A DNA stretch of 64,000 nt from Amoebophrya sp. A120 (GCA_905178155.1 CAJINV010000001.1:9383865-9447864), one strand, 5' to 3'; positions 13,701 to 26,800 are shown, counted from the first letter of the stretch. Notes: generated from the letters alone by a model not told the origin. Translations and numbers: made by a program.

Positions 13701-16343
13701 CGGGTTTCTTGCTCCTGCAACCACAACAAACTATCTGCCCCAACCCCAAATGTTCAGGTCGGCGAAGGCGGTGTCCAGGAGCAGAAGCAGAAGGCCGAGC
13801 GTTTGGAGAAGGACATGGCCGCATTGCGCGAGGTCGTGGACCAGTTGAAACAAAAAATCGTCGAGCTGAAAGCCATATCCTGTGCAAAAGTATCGTACTC
13901 GTAGTAATTGCAGTCGTGCATTACAAATCTTTTTCTTCAGGTAAATCCGCATTACAAATTCCATTTCTAATGCTGAGGAAATTTGTACTTGTACTTATTG
14001 CAATTTATACTAGTGCGATACTTTTGCAGTTCATAAGCCATTATCCGCGAGAAGGACTTGGAACAGGAAGAGCTGCAAAAGGAAACCATGGACTTGCTTT
14101 TCATCAAGGAAACGGCGTACAAAAAACTTGCTGCGGAGTGCGCGGACCTCAAGGAGGAATTGGAAAAATGGGAGTACAAGCAGAAGGAAGTGGAAGCAAA
14201 GGCCCAGAAAGACGCGTTCAAGATGAAAAAGTTCTACGACCGGCAGCTCGCTGCGAAGGATGTGATCATAAAAGAAAAGGAAGACATCATCGAGAAAAAC
14301 AAAGAATGGGTACTGACTTCTGCTGTTTTCTTTTCTGTACAAAAAACATAGTTTTTTGATCGGACAAGTAGTAGAACGTGAGGACAAGTTATTTGCTTTT
14401 GTTCTTTCTTCAATGATACCGAGTACTTAGTTCCGATGGCGACATTGATTTGTTCTGCTGTTCTCACCGTACAAAGTGAGCCGTCTGGTGTCTGCGCGCT
14501 TTGCATTTAACCACGTTAAAACGACTAAAGCTCGTCGAAATCGACCACTGGAAGAAGGAGAACGAAAAACGGCGCGACGAGTACGCCGACCTGCAGCGGG
14601 AGATGGAACGAAAGATCAGCGAGAAGGAGAAGGGTATGCAGTACCTGGTGGACGAGGTGTCCGAACTGAAGGACAAGCTGGCCAACTTAGAGCGCACCTA
14701 CGAGGAGCGAATCGCCGCGCGGGAGAAGGAGGTCCATATCAAAGTGAAAAAAGCCCCCACCCCATATCGGAAACGGAAGACGCGCGAATTTGTGACGCTG
14801 TATTTGAGTACACAAATCGACTTGTATTGCTAGAAGGCCAAGAGACGAAGCTGCGGCCTAAATTGCAGGCAATCTGTCATGCTGTTTCCCACTTCCAGTT
14901 GCCTCCTGTCATCCTGGAGCTGCAAGGCTTTCCCACGCTAGACAGCACTACAGTCCGCATCTTTTGCCTTGTACCATCACAAAGCTGATTTGTGACTACA
15001 AATCTGCATCACAGATTTCCGTTTTGATATGGGGAGGGGGCATTTTTGATTGTAATAGTCCAGCACGAGCACTTCCTGAAGGACGAGGAATACAAGAAGC
15101 TGGAGCGCGACACCCAGCAGATATCAAATGTAAAAATGTCTGGGTCTGGAAGATTTGGGGAGTTTGTCATGCACATTTTGCATGAGCCATGATGTCTGTG
15201 ATGCATGCCCTAGCATCACAGATTTTTTGAGGCCTTCTTGATCAGATACCCTCTCCGCGTAGCATGTGTTGCCTTCCCTTTGCTGCTCATGCAATACAGA
15301 TTTCTTTGGATTCCAAGCGCAGCATCACAAGTTACATTCTTCCAGACCCAGACATTTTTACAGTTGATAGCAGATGGCCCGCGACAACAACCAATTGAAA
15401 CTCGACCTAGCCGCGGCCATCGCCGACGGCCAGAGAATAGACCCGGAAAAAGTGCGCCTAGCCAAGCTCGCAGAGGACAACGCGGTCACAATCGCGGAAG
15501 GGCAGCGAGCAATAGACGTCATGGTGGTAGAGAACGAAGAACAAAGAAAACGCGCACGGGAAATGGAAGAGCAGTGCGCACGAGACGTATTATTTGAGTG
15601 GCTTGCGTGTTTCTTTGTGTTTTCTGTAAGTTTATTCTTCAAATGCGGCTACTTCGTTCTCGTAGATGCTTACGTTTACTGTAAGCCCTCGGTACATCAT
15701 GTTATCGGCACGGCAACAATGAAAACAGATCAAGCGCGCGAAGAAAGCGGAGGAGACGGAGATCAAGCGGCGCGAGCACGCGGAGCGGGAGATGAAGTTG
15801 GTGAAGGAGATGTGCGAGGAGCAAATGGTTCGCGCCGAGGAGATCTGCAAGCAGATCGAGGCCCGGTACCGCGCACTGCCGAACCCCTTCCAGGACGAGG
15901 TGGTCGAGGTCCGCGAGCGCGTCGAGCAGCAGAAGGCGGGCATCGAGAACCTGCGGCTGGAGAACGACGTGCTCGTCCGCGAGCTGCAGCAGACCAAGAA
16001 GAAATCCGAGGAGGACAAATTGGAGTTGGAAAAGAAGCTGGTCTACGCCACCACCGTCCTGAACGAGGTCTCGTCGCTCGGCGCCATCCGGGGCCTCGCC
16101 GGCATAGAGGAGGGCGCAGCTGGCGCTGACCTCGATGGCGACGGGCTCCTCGGGGACGGCAAGAAGAAATCGCCGCGGAGCCCCAAAGCGATCAAGCCAC
16201 TGCTGAAAGAGAGCTGGAGCGGGCTGAACGGGGACGACAAGAAAAAGAAGAAGGACAAAAAAACCGAAAAGAAGGTCTCCGTCATGCCCACCGTGCAGGA
16301 AGGAGAAAACGAAAGCGAGGCCAGTTCAATGAAGAAGAAGTGA
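10716..16343 (+). CDS. Long coiled-coil protein (~1157 aa), 11 exons separated by 5 GT-AG introns and 5 introners
   Basis: Exons 10716-11096, 11312-11684, 11812-12358, 12714-12797, 12984-13593, 13758-13875, 14041-14309, 14531-14736, 15063-15121, 15375-15586, 15729-16343 sum to 3474 nt with matching phases; E/K-rich heptads. Confidence 0.85.
11685..11806. mobile_element. Introner family F copy 1 (122 bp), TSD CCTGA
   Basis: TIRs TATGCAGTGCAAAAGCATCGTACT / AGTACGATACTTTTGCACAGCATA; CCTGA at 11680-11684 and 11807-11811; removal gives KGILNRDVD. Confidence 0.92.
12359..12708. mobile_element. Introner family B copy 1 (350 bp), TSD GAGGC
   Basis: ~50-bp TIR TATGGGGTTCTCAAGCGTTACATTCGCAACTGTTACATGA...; GAGGC at 12354-12358 and 12709-12713; removal gives TEEAIKKK. 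Confidence 0.92.
13876..14035. mobile_element. Introner family F copy 2 (160 bp), inverted relative to copy 1, TSD AGCCA
   Basis: Left end matches the reverse complement of the copy 1 right end; AGCCA at 13871-13875 and 14036-14040; removal gives ELKAIIREK. Confidence 0.92.
14737..15057. mobile_element. Introner family D subfamily 2 (321 bp), TSD GTCCA
   Basis: Near-identical reverse complement of 18122-18441; GTCCA at 14732-14736 and 15058-15062; removal gives EKEVQHEHF. Confidence 0.94.
15122..15369. mobile_element. Introner family A copy 3 (248 bp), TSD GCAGA
   Basis: TIR TATCAAATGTAAAAATGTCTGGGTCTGGAAGA; GCAGA at 15117-15121 and 15370-15374; removal gives DTQQMARD. Confidence 0.93.
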
Positions 16344-17440
16344 ACGGGGCCTTGCTGAGTCTGAGCCCTCGGTCCTTTCAACGCTTCATTTTTTTGAAGA
16401 GCTCTGCCGGAAGTTCCAGAACCAGCTCGGAGCTGGTCGAGCAGGCTTCTCGTCTTCTATGTCGTTCTTGCTTCGACAGCGCTAGTTCCATGTACTTCGC
16501 CATTTTTACTCCGTATGTACCTGTTCTCTAGTCACACCTAGTTTCTCGTCCCGCAACCCCTGTACATAATTCACGAACGCTGCGCTCGCCGTTTCCCCGC
16601 CGTGCGTTCCCCGCACCTCCAAATCTGTCCAACGAGAATAAAGGTGTCGACGAACTCACCATCCCCGGTGATACATGTTGCGAAGCGTCTGCTTGCAGCG
16701 AAAAACCTTTCCGTTTCAACTGGTTAATAACTTATGTTGCGTTTCAACGATTTCAAATTCAATAAACACTTCAATGCTCTTATGCAAGATGAAGAACCCA
16801 TCTCGAGCATACAGTTTGATTGGTGATCTTTACAAATTTTCGCGCGCGCCGCGTTGGAGTCGGAAAACAAGATGAAGGATTTAAGAGGACGAAGAGGAAA
16901 ACGCCTCTCGATTTCGGTCGTGGGGACGGAAGCCGACAATTCTTGGCAACACGAGCCAGCGAATCACTTCCAACACTGAGGTCTTTGGTTGTGTGTGATT
17001 AGACGAGCTGACAGATCCAAAAGTGTTCCTAGCAATGCGCCCTTGTGCATCGAGAAGGATCTTTCTCGGTCACTCTGCAGGGCACCTTTATGCGCTCTAG
17101 TGTATCAACATCAACTAGTGATTGAGTTCTCACACGTTTTTTTTAGTCACCAGTATTGAGAACAATAACATTTTTTTGCTGACGAGTACACGTAGAGAGA
17201 ATCAATCGAGTTGCTTGAAAAGATTGTCGTAGGTGTAATTATGACGGATTTTTTATGAGTCTAGTGTGTCGCGCAGCCACATTGCTGTGTCTGGAGCTTC
17301 GCGTATTGACATTTTGACATTTTTTGTCAGCGGTGCTATGTATTTGCTTGGAGCTTCTGAAATAAGTTTGTCCGTCGTAGCTAGAGACTTCTGAGATTGT
17401 GTCGCGAAGGGAAGAAACCCAAGTAAAAGAAAAAGAGCCG

Positions 17441-19236
17441 ATGTCTTCTTCGTCGTCCACCGCGCCATTTGGCGTGTCATCAAAGAGCACAAGCAGTGAC
17501 ACTGTCGAATTTGTGCGAAAGAAAACTTTTTCCGATCTCCTTGTGAGCAGTGGCGGTTTATCTTTCGACGAGTGGATCGGCGCTCTGGAGCATGCCGAAG
17601 AGGAGTTTCGCGCGCTGCGATTCCAGAAGAAAGTCGTTGGGAGCCTCGTACTTGCTTACTGACTTTTTTTTTGCAAAAATGAATGCGATGAATCTTCTTC
17701 ATCCATATGGCGTTTCGACCACGACGTGGAGTGCTTCGCCAGCACAGAACGAAAACAAAATGAATTTCAGGTGAACATGTGGCAATTCTGCGTTTTCCAC
17801 GCAAATCCGAAGATAACGTTTTCGCATATGGCGTTCTCAAGCGTTACATTCTCAACTGTTACATGATTCGTCATGCAAAATGACCATGAGCCGCAACGCA
17901 AGACAATCAAGCTGCTTCGCATGACAAATTATCGAAGGGCTAAACAGCATCTAAATCCGTGCCAAATTTGTGATGCAAGGCTTGGAAGCTTGCCCATGTC
18001 CCTATTGCTGTTTTTGCATGACAAATCATGTAACAGTTGAGAATGTAACATTTGAGAACCCCATATCGCAGAAGCTCCCCGAGCCTGTGGTGGACATCAT
18101 CCGGAAGTTCAACGGTCAGGTTATTACAATGAAAAATGCCCCCTCCCCATATCAAAACGGAAATCTGTGATGCAGATTTGTGGTCACAAATCAGCTTTGT
18201 GATGCTAGGAGGCAAAAGATGCGGACTGTAGTGCTGTCTAGTAGGGAAAGCCTTGTAGCTCCAGGATGACAGGAGGCAACTCGAAATGGAAAACAGCATG
18301 ACAGATTGCCTGCAATTTAGGCCGCAGCTTCGTCTCTTGGCCTTCTAGCAATACAAGTTGATTTGTGTACTCAAATACAGCATCACAAATTCGCGCATCT
18401 TTCGTTTCCGATATGGGGTGGGGGCTTTTTTCACTTTGATACAGGTGAAGTACCCCGGCGCGGAAGTTGTTTCCCGCGCGACGCTGTGTGCGTTGTCCGA
18501 CGCGCAGCGGGGCCGGGACTACAAGAAGGCTGCGGACTACCTCGTCGGTATCTGCCGGGAGGCCGCACTGACGGGCTCGGACACGGCCACCATCACGGAG
18601 GAGGCTTTTGCCCTCGCGCCAAAACTGGCGGACGGGAGCGTGCCGGGGACCCGGCAGGTGTTCGCGGTGATCGCGCGCAAGGGCTACCAGATCCTCGACG
18701 GTGCGGGGTTCGACTCGGACAACTACCGGTTCGGCTACCGCTTTCCCTACACCATCCGCTTCAATTACCACCCGGCCAAGACCGAAAACTGCGAGATGAT
18801 CGCGAGTTTTGTGGACCAGCTGGAGAACCGCGAGGGCCTGTACGCGCCCGCGATCGAGGAGGGGCAGAAGGTCAGCAAGGGCTCCTCGGAACTGCCCAAC
18901 CACTTTTTGAAGCTGCTGGGCGAGAGCTACCGCGCAACGCAGAAGGAGGTGCTGGAGTACATCGTGAAGCTGGTGGAGAAGGCCGCGCAGAACGCGGATC
19001 ACGTCTTCTTGCTGTCCGAGGAAATTTACGAGGAGGCGCCGCGTCTGGCCAATGGCAAGCGCTACCCCATGTTCGAGCACGAAATGCAGGGACTGCACCT
19101 CTCGCCCAAGGAATTCACCATGTTCAGCCGGCTGAGCAACGTGCCGGGGCTGTCGGCCTCCGCCACGCACCTGCCCGTGGGCTTCGGACTGGGACAGGAA
19201 ACCTTTCCCATTGAGATCTTCATCTGCGACGCGTGA
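17441..19236 (+). CDS. Unknown protein with two internal repeats, paralogue of the next gene; exons 17441-17647, 17771-17826, 18071-18121, 18447-19236
   Basis: Exon lengths sum in frame; shares TFSDLL, DEWIGA and EEIY..APRL.NGKR.P with 19830-21146 and has the same first intron position. Confidence 0.8.
17827..18065. mobile_element. Introner family B copy 2 (239 bp), TSD TCGCA
   Basis: TIR TATGGCGTTCTCAAGCGTTACATTCTCAACTGTTACATGATT; TCGCA at 17822-17826 and 18066-18070. Confidence 0.94.
18122..18441. mobile_element. Introner family D subfamily 2 (320 bp), TSD CAGGT
   Basis: TIR TATTACAATGAAAAATGCCCCCTCCCCATATC; CAGGT at 18117-18121 and 18442-18446; the only copy with a possible GT-AG register. 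Confidence 0.94.
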
Positions 19237-19829
19237 GATTAGGCAAAGAAAAAAGCTTTGCAAATTCTAGTAATAGAGAAAGATGAGGATAGGCGCCTCC
19301 ACCCCAGCAATGTCTTTTTTATCATGTTCTACCGCGAACAAGCGACCACATAGCAGAGGGATGTACTAATACCTCGTACTGATCATCCACCCCAGGGCGG
19401 CTGTGCTTCTGCACAGAATCTTTTACGTGAGGAAGCGGCATATTTGTTCTATCACCCTCAGGGAGTGGGCTCTGGCGTTGTGTCAGCTGTAGCATGCTCT
19501 ACGTCGAACCCATCGCGCTCTTTGAAATCGAAGGCTAGAGTGAGAGCAAATCGATTGCCGTCATGCTTGCTGTCGCAGCCAGCGTTATCTGCTTCTGCAA
19601 GGCTTGCAAGAGCTGCTGTATTTTCTTCGGAGTTTCGATTTTGCGAGCCAAAATTATGAAAAACAAAAAGCCTTTAGTTTTACGATCTTGATCTTCGAAC
19701 TTTTAGGTTTTGCTGCAGCAGCAGCAAGTTTGTTTAAGATCAGTGGAGGTGCTACTATTGTTGCGAGATATAGATACGGAAAAATTGAACTTGAAGATAA
19801 AGGTAAGAGGACGACTTGATAAAAGAGCC

Positions 19830-21146
19830 ATGGCATCTGCGTCGAGCGCCTCTTCGTCTTCCGCCCCAGTTGCAGCAGCAGGAAACGCTGTAGAGCCTCC
19901 GGTCTCGCAGCGTCCACCAACTTTTTCCGATTTGTTGCTGCAGGGTAAGAAGCACCACGGCAAAGGAAAGAAATACGATGAGTGGATCGGTGCGGCGAAA
20001 GAGGTCTACGAAAAGGATTTCTCAAAGCATGTAGTGGGCGCCATGGTATAGCTTTTTCTTCAACTGCTTGCTGGCATTTGGGGGCTAAGTGTAGTTTGTT
20101 ATTCAGTTTATGACAAGGAGGAGGACTGCTAGGACTGTCGCAAATATCAAAGCGTTCTTGACGCAGAACGCCGTGCTTCATCATATGTGCTTATTTCTCT
20201 CTAGGTCTAGCTCTAGAGATATCAGCAGAGAAATCCACAGTAAATGTAAGTAAACGAATCGCAGGTTGGTGCTCTTCAATTTGCCACGTACCGGAGACAT
20301 ACAGCCCCAAAGAGGTTGCCGAACGAAATAGTTGGCATCGTGCGCGAGTTTGTTGGACCCTTAGACGAGCGTTTCGTCGATTCTGGATCGAAAAAAACCT
20401 TGGAAGACATCTCTGATACTCGACGAGCCCGCGACTTGATTGCAGCAACGGAGTACTTTGTGAACCTCGCAAAAAATGCGGCGCAGGAAGGCGGGGGAAG
20501 TTTCAAAATCACACCGGAGATCCGGGACGCTGCACCAAAATGCGGAGATGGTTCCGCTGTGCCAATGCCACAGATTCTCGCACTTCTTGAGCGCAAAGAA
20601 TACGCAATAACGAACCGCCACGAAGAGATTTTCAACGCCGCTACGGAAGACCGCTTTCGTCTAAACGATGAAGCGTTTCCAATCACGATAGAATTCAACG
20701 ATCCCAACAATGACGTCTTCATATTGTACATGCGCGACCTTGCAGCCAAGTTAGAATCCTCGGGAGAGAAGCCGCTCGAGGAGGCGCGACTGATCGCCGT
20801 TTCCCATACGAGCGACTTCATGCGTGAATTCTCGATGACCCTCGGCGAAACCCAGCAGAAAGTGCTCAGCTATATCAAGGGACTAGTTATGTCTGCAATC
20901 CGCAATGGTGACAGTGAGTTTCTGCTCACAGAAGAAATCTACGACCAGGCACCTCGTCTTGGGAACGGTAAGCGATGTCCGTTCTTCCGGCGGGATGCCC
21001 GGGCTCTGAGTTTGACTCTCGACCACTACCCGGTGCATTGGATGATCACTTTGCTGAATGACACAAGAGGTTTCCATGTGCGGCCAGGGCGCAATGCCGA
21101 CGGCTTCGATGATTTTCCAGTTCGGATCGTGCTAGTGGATGCTTGA
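19830..21146 (+). CDS. Unknown protein, introner-free paralogue of 17441-19236; exons 19830-20045, 20265-21146
   Basis: GT-AG intron 20046-20264; collinear protein similarity with the upstream gene. Confidence 0.8.
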
Positions 21147-21867
21147 AGCTACAGCTACTGAGCCTGTACTTAACAGGTGTGCAACCTTTGGGATTTGTAA
21201 AATCAGTTTCTGTTTATATTGGATGATCACGCAAATATGAAGGCAACGCGCAGTAGCGAGCTCACCCGGACGCGCATCCGATGTAGTCTTTAAGTGGCCT
21301 CTTTTGTAACGAAAGAGAATGTTAAATCGATATCGCGCATCGATATCACGACGTAGCCTCATAATCATGTTCATTTCATGGTGATCATCGGTTGCATCGA
21401 TCTGTGTGAATGACAAACCTGGAGGACTGAGCTCATAACGTTCTGGTTGGTTCACGTGCAGTTTCAAGCTCTGAGCAAAAAAAAAAAATCTAATCTGTTC
21501 TTGATTTGTTGATGCCACAGTTGTGATAATTCCGTACCTGTAGAAGTGGTTTTCAGTTTGGTTCATGATTTTTCAACGGATGTCTATACGTCCTAAGTTG
21601 TAGTTTTGTTTCTTGTTGTAGTTCTATGCCATATCTGTAAACTAAGAAAGGATTTCCAGGTAAACAAGTTCAAGTCTCGTGACCTCTAGGCTTTGCGGTT
21701 GCGGAGCACTCTACCACCTCCTTTACATCGTGCAATCTTCGGCATAAGTTCTATGTGTAGAACCATTCTCGGCCACGTGCGTTACTGCCGCATCTCATCT
21801 TCCTGCACATGAACCTCCAAAAATTATTAACCTTGTTTGTTACCGGATAAAATAAAAAACATAAATC

Positions 21868-23141
21868 ATGTCCTCAGTCGCTAGCGGTATCGGTCGGCGC
21901 TACAATGCGGTTTGGCAGCAGACGATGCTCCGGATCAAGGATCCGAAAATATCCGTACCATTTTACGAAAAGCACTTCGGCATGGAACTGGTACACCAGT
22001 ACGACTTCCCGCAGTGGAAGTTTTCTCTCTTCTTTTTGGAAAAAAAACACCCAAAAGACCCGCCAGCGGTTGGACCACAGGGACCAGGAAGCCCGCCCCC
22101 GACGACGGTAGCGTCAGAAAAGTACCTATGGGACATGAACGGGCCAGTGACGTTGGAGCTGACGCACAACCACGGCAGCGAAACTGACACTAATTTCAAG
22201 GTTTGGTCCGGGAATTCAGGATCGGATCTGCCACCGGAGAGCCCCCTGTTCCTGGAAAACGGGCCGGTCCGTGGGTTTGGCCACATCGCCTTCAACGTGG
22301 ACGACGTGTATGCGTTTTCCGAGAAATTGGAACAGGAGGGCGTAAAATTTCAAAAAAGACCGAACGAGGGACGGATGAAGGGGCTGGCGTTCGCCTTGGA
22401 CCCCGATGGGTACTGGTTGGAGCTCTGTGCGCGAAGTACGGAAAGCGAGGCAGCGAAGGCGAGGTTCGAGGGCGTAGGCCCGAACTTGAGTCAAACGATG
22501 CTGCGGGTGAAAGGTATGAAAGCAAGATATTTTCTGAATTCTGGTGTTGCTGGTATGAAGGCATTGCTCTGCGTAGAAAGTGCTTGATAGAAAAACACAT
22601 AGCATAAGCGACATGCAGTCGCTTCTTTACACCCCCGAACAAAAGCTAAACTAATCGTTCAGACGCCGACGCCAGCATTGCTTTCTACACGAACGTGCTG
22701 GGCATGACAGTGGTTCGCAAGATGGAGATCCCCAACGACTTCACGAACTACTTTCTCGCTTCGAAGTTCCTGCCCGAGGAGGAGGAGAAGTGGAAGACCG
22801 TCTGCAAGGAGGACCCGAACAGCCCGGACGCGCGGGAATTTGTGAAATCGCTCTGGTATCCAGTCCTGGAACTGACACACAACCACGGGACCGAAGCAAA
22901 AGAGGACTTCGTGATCTGCAACGGAAACGGCGGGGACTACCAGGGTTTCGGCCACATTGGGTTCCTCGTGGACGATTTAAACAGTTGCTGCCAAGAAATG
23001 GAGGCGGCTGGTGTCAAATTCCACAAGAAACCCACGGACGGCAACATGCAACAAATCGCGTTTGCGCTCGATCCCAGTGGGTATCGAGTGGAACTCGTGC
23101 AGCGAGGCAGCACGTTCGCTGGTGTATGTGCCAACTTCTGA
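21868..23141 (+). CDS. GLO1: Glyoxalase I (lactoylglutathione lyase), monomeric two-domain type; intron 22514-22662
   Basis: QQTMLRIKDP and SQTMLRVKD, LELTHNHG x2, GFGHI x2, FALDPDGYWLE and FALDPSGYRVE. Confidence 0.95.
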
Positions 23142-23855
23142 ATAGCAGCATGTTGTGCTGCAAGATACCTTATCTTCTTCTTAAATAGCAATAGCGCGCT
23201 TTGTGAACAGTAGTGAAGAACTCGCACTGGTTATACTTTCTCCACCGGGACTGTAAGTGTAATATCAGAGTCCACGCTAAGCGGCCCAAGGCTGTAGGCT
23301 GCTTTAATGGCTGCGCAGCGTGAGGGTGAGACGAGAGCTGACGCTGAGGTGTTTTAATTTTCGCAAAGCCGGTTTTACTCACATCCGCATTCGAAACAAA
23401 AGCAATCAAAGTGAGCGAGCTTCCAGCAGATGATTTCCCGTTTTCAGCATCGTTTCTGCACCTGCAGATTCCTTTGGTTTTCGTTCGCTTCGCAAGTAGT
23501 GGCAGGTGAGAGAGGCTTCTTAATAGCCGCGAAGGCGTGCTGGCATCCACATCGAGAAAAACTGCGGTGCAACTGTGGCGCACGAAGAAAGAGACGACTC
23601 TTGGATGTCGTGCACAGCGCACGGCCGCGGTGCTAAGAATGTCGCTGTAAACACCTACATTCAGAAGAGGAAGCGCTTGTGATCACTAAGTACAAGGAAG
23701 AGAATAGGGTTTCGCTTTGACGTGTAAGTACAATTACAATTAGTTTTGTGTCGAGTGACGTTCGTGTCTAGTAGCAGCAGCTTCACCTCCGCGTTCATCG
23801 CATCGTTTTCCAACCATCGTTCAGTTTTGCCTCCTCGTCCTGGGGACCGACGATC

Positions 23856-26800
23856 ATGTTCGCTCCCCCACTGCGTTTTACGACAACCCGGGACCCTCCG
23901 GGCACGTCGACCCACATTTCGCATCTGCAAAGGCAGTACGAAAAGTTGGAGTCGAAGATGAAATCGTTGCGCGAGCAGCAGAAGAAGAGGAAGCTGGTCC
24001 GCGGCATGATCTCCGGTTTGGGCAACGACCGGCCCGTGACGATCGACCCCGTCTTTGAGGAGTGCCGTCGGAAGCGCCTCCAGTGGACCGTGGAGAGCAA
24101 GGAAAATGACAACAACGAGTCGCAGAGCCTCTTCGCTCACGACCATCAAGGCTACATCAATGCGCAGCAGCAGCCCTCCGGACTGAACGTGTCCAGTCTT
24201 TTCGGGATCAACAAGAGTCGGATCAGCACGAAAGGAGACCAGGGGATGAACCTGTCGCCCGGGAGTGCACGAAACAGTAAGGACAGCAAGACCTCTACTA
24301 CGCGGCACATGAAACGGAAACTTTCCTCTAACACTTCGCGGTCCTTTCAGCAGGTGCGGGAGCACAGTCAGGTGCTGGAAATAAATGCAGCGGGATCCTC
24401 CTCCGGAGATGAAGAGGCCGCCGCGGGGACTGGAAGGGGCGTCCAGGCGGAACGCCAGCAGCAGCTGCATCCCGACGCGACTGGCAACTCATCTGTGCAG
24501 ACGCGGAGTCAGGGGTACGACGAGCAGGAGGAAGCTGCCGGTTTAAAAACGGCTCGTCGCCGGAGCCGCTCACCCTCGAGGCCCAGTGGAGACTTGTTGC
24601 TACAACAGAACAACAACTTGCCAGAAGCGGGCGGAACAAATGCGAACCACGCGACTACCGCACGGAGGAGGCACAGTGGAAATAATATTAAGGGCGGGAA
24701 CAAGCCTGATGTCGTCGGGCCGTCCTTCCGGCAGAAAAATCAGGGCTTGGAACGGCGCATTCTGCTGACCACGGCTGCGGAACTGAGCCGAGAACGCAAT
24801 GAGGTGGTGCGGGAGACGGCGGACTGCATCAAGCAGGTGGTCGACAACACGTACAGTGTGAAGCAGAACCTCGAGGAGCGCACGGAACAGTATCTGAAAA
24901 AGGTGGTAAATCAGTGGCCGGTCTGGTACGAGCAGGTACAGCAGGTGCGGGAGAGTGTGTTGCACGAAGGAGAGCGCCTGAGCACGCTGAAGTGGAACGC
25001 AGAGCACTGTCAGGAGATTGCGGCCGTGCAGCGAGGGCTCGAAGAATTTCGTCGTCAGATCGCTGCAGAAGTCGCGCGCACAAATGTCGAAGATTTGGAA
25101 GATCCGGCGCTTGAAGAGACCACTGATCATGAAGATAAAAGAGGGCACGACTTGGATATGAGCAAACAAGAAAATCGTGCCGCAGGGGACCCAGATAGCA
25201 TCGCGGATCATGCCAGTCCTGCGCTCGGAGGGGGAGGCACCAGCGCTGAGAGCAAGGGAAAAAGCTCCAAGGCGCATGGGAGGCGGCCGGACGGAGCTGC
25301 AGCGCAGCTGCGGAAACCGCCCGCTTCTTTCACCAATACTGCCAAAACAAATGCGGGCGACGACAAGCACCAGTGGTTAGCGGACTACTTCGAGAAGTTC
25401 ACACGGCCCCTTGCAGCGTCGTCCAGTGCCGGTGAAACCTCCGTGCCGCGGGACGAAGCCGCGAAGGCGGAGGCGCGACGGTTGCGCGACGGGCTGCGTG
25501 CCATGTACCAGCGGTTGCAGCAGCTGGAAGCGCCCTTGAGCGAGGAGGAGAAGCTTGTGGCGCAAAAGGCGCACGCTGCAGCACGGGCAGGCACGGTATT
25601 TCCAGAGGGCGAAGAGCAGTTTCACGCTCCGGTGGTGTTCCGAGGCCAGGATCTTCACGCCGGCCGCGCTGGTGTGCAATCGGCCCCGGTGCAGTCGCTG
25701 GTGAGCAATTTCATCCAAGAAGAGGCTGACGCGCTCGGGTTGTCGCCGGAGGTTGCACGTGATCATCTTCGCAAGGACCTCCAGGGAAGCAATGCGCGCT
25801 TTGCCGCGGCGGGTGGGAAGAACGATTTGCTGAGGAGCACGCCGTCACTGATTGACCCTACCCCACTGTCGATGAAGCAGAAGGCTTCGCCGTCGATACT
25901 GATGGCTTCGAACAACGGTGGTTTGCAACCGGTCCCGGGTGATCATTCGAGTCGGCAGTACACGCAAGCGCAAGTTCGGACACAGCAGATGTTGCCGGCA
26001 CATATTAACCGCGCCAGTATGGATCAGGTTGTGATCGAGCCCCCAGAGCAAGATCGCTCGTACCTGCACCCGACGCCGCAAAGGGAGCACAAACCCGGCA
26101 ACTTTCTCACACCAGATCTCGGTCGAAGAGGAGAAAATCTCGTAGAGGCGCTTTCCAGTACAAAAAGCCGTTTTTATTGTAGTGGGCTTGTAGTTGTGCA
26201 ACGATATTAGCCAAGAGAACTGATGGTGACGTTCCAAGAAGTGGCATGAAAGAAGAACTGTAGGGCTCGGCTTTTTACTTACTAAAACAGCACAAGTATG
26301 TACTTGCGACATGCTCTACATCTACATAAGTACATCAGCTATACTCATTTCCACCCGTATCTATCGTAGGTGCGCGCACCCAGGATTCGGATGCGAGCCA
26401 GGACCTTCTTTCGATCGCGCACGACTACCAAAAGTCCCGCAACGCGTCGGAGGTGCCTGCCCACAGTTCCCCTCGGGACAGCGGGATTCCCACCGGCGGC
26501 CAGTCCTCCCATTCTTCCTCCAAGGACCTGCCGGTGCGCTTTGCGGACCTGCAGCAGGGATTGGCACAACAAGGGCCGCATCAGCTACAACAGCAGCAAG
26601 TTCTCGCCACCTCCGAGCAAAACACATCCGGTTCGAAGAGTCGCTCGAGTGACAGTCACTTGGATGCGCTCCACCGCGGTCTGATGGGCGGCGCAACCGG
26701 TGAAAGTATTCTCATCGGCCATCGACAGTCGGTAAATGCGGCTGGTGCTGGTAGTGCTGCTAGCAACACCTTACAGCCCGAAATAAATTCCCGCATTCTG

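Noticed and set aside
10661-16381. Long minus-strand ORFs rich in S/F/L
   Set aside because: Antisense shadows of the E/K-rich coiled-coil exons
21325-21350. TCGATATCGCGCATCGATATC quasi-palindrome
   Set aside because: Short and single, with no TSD or family members
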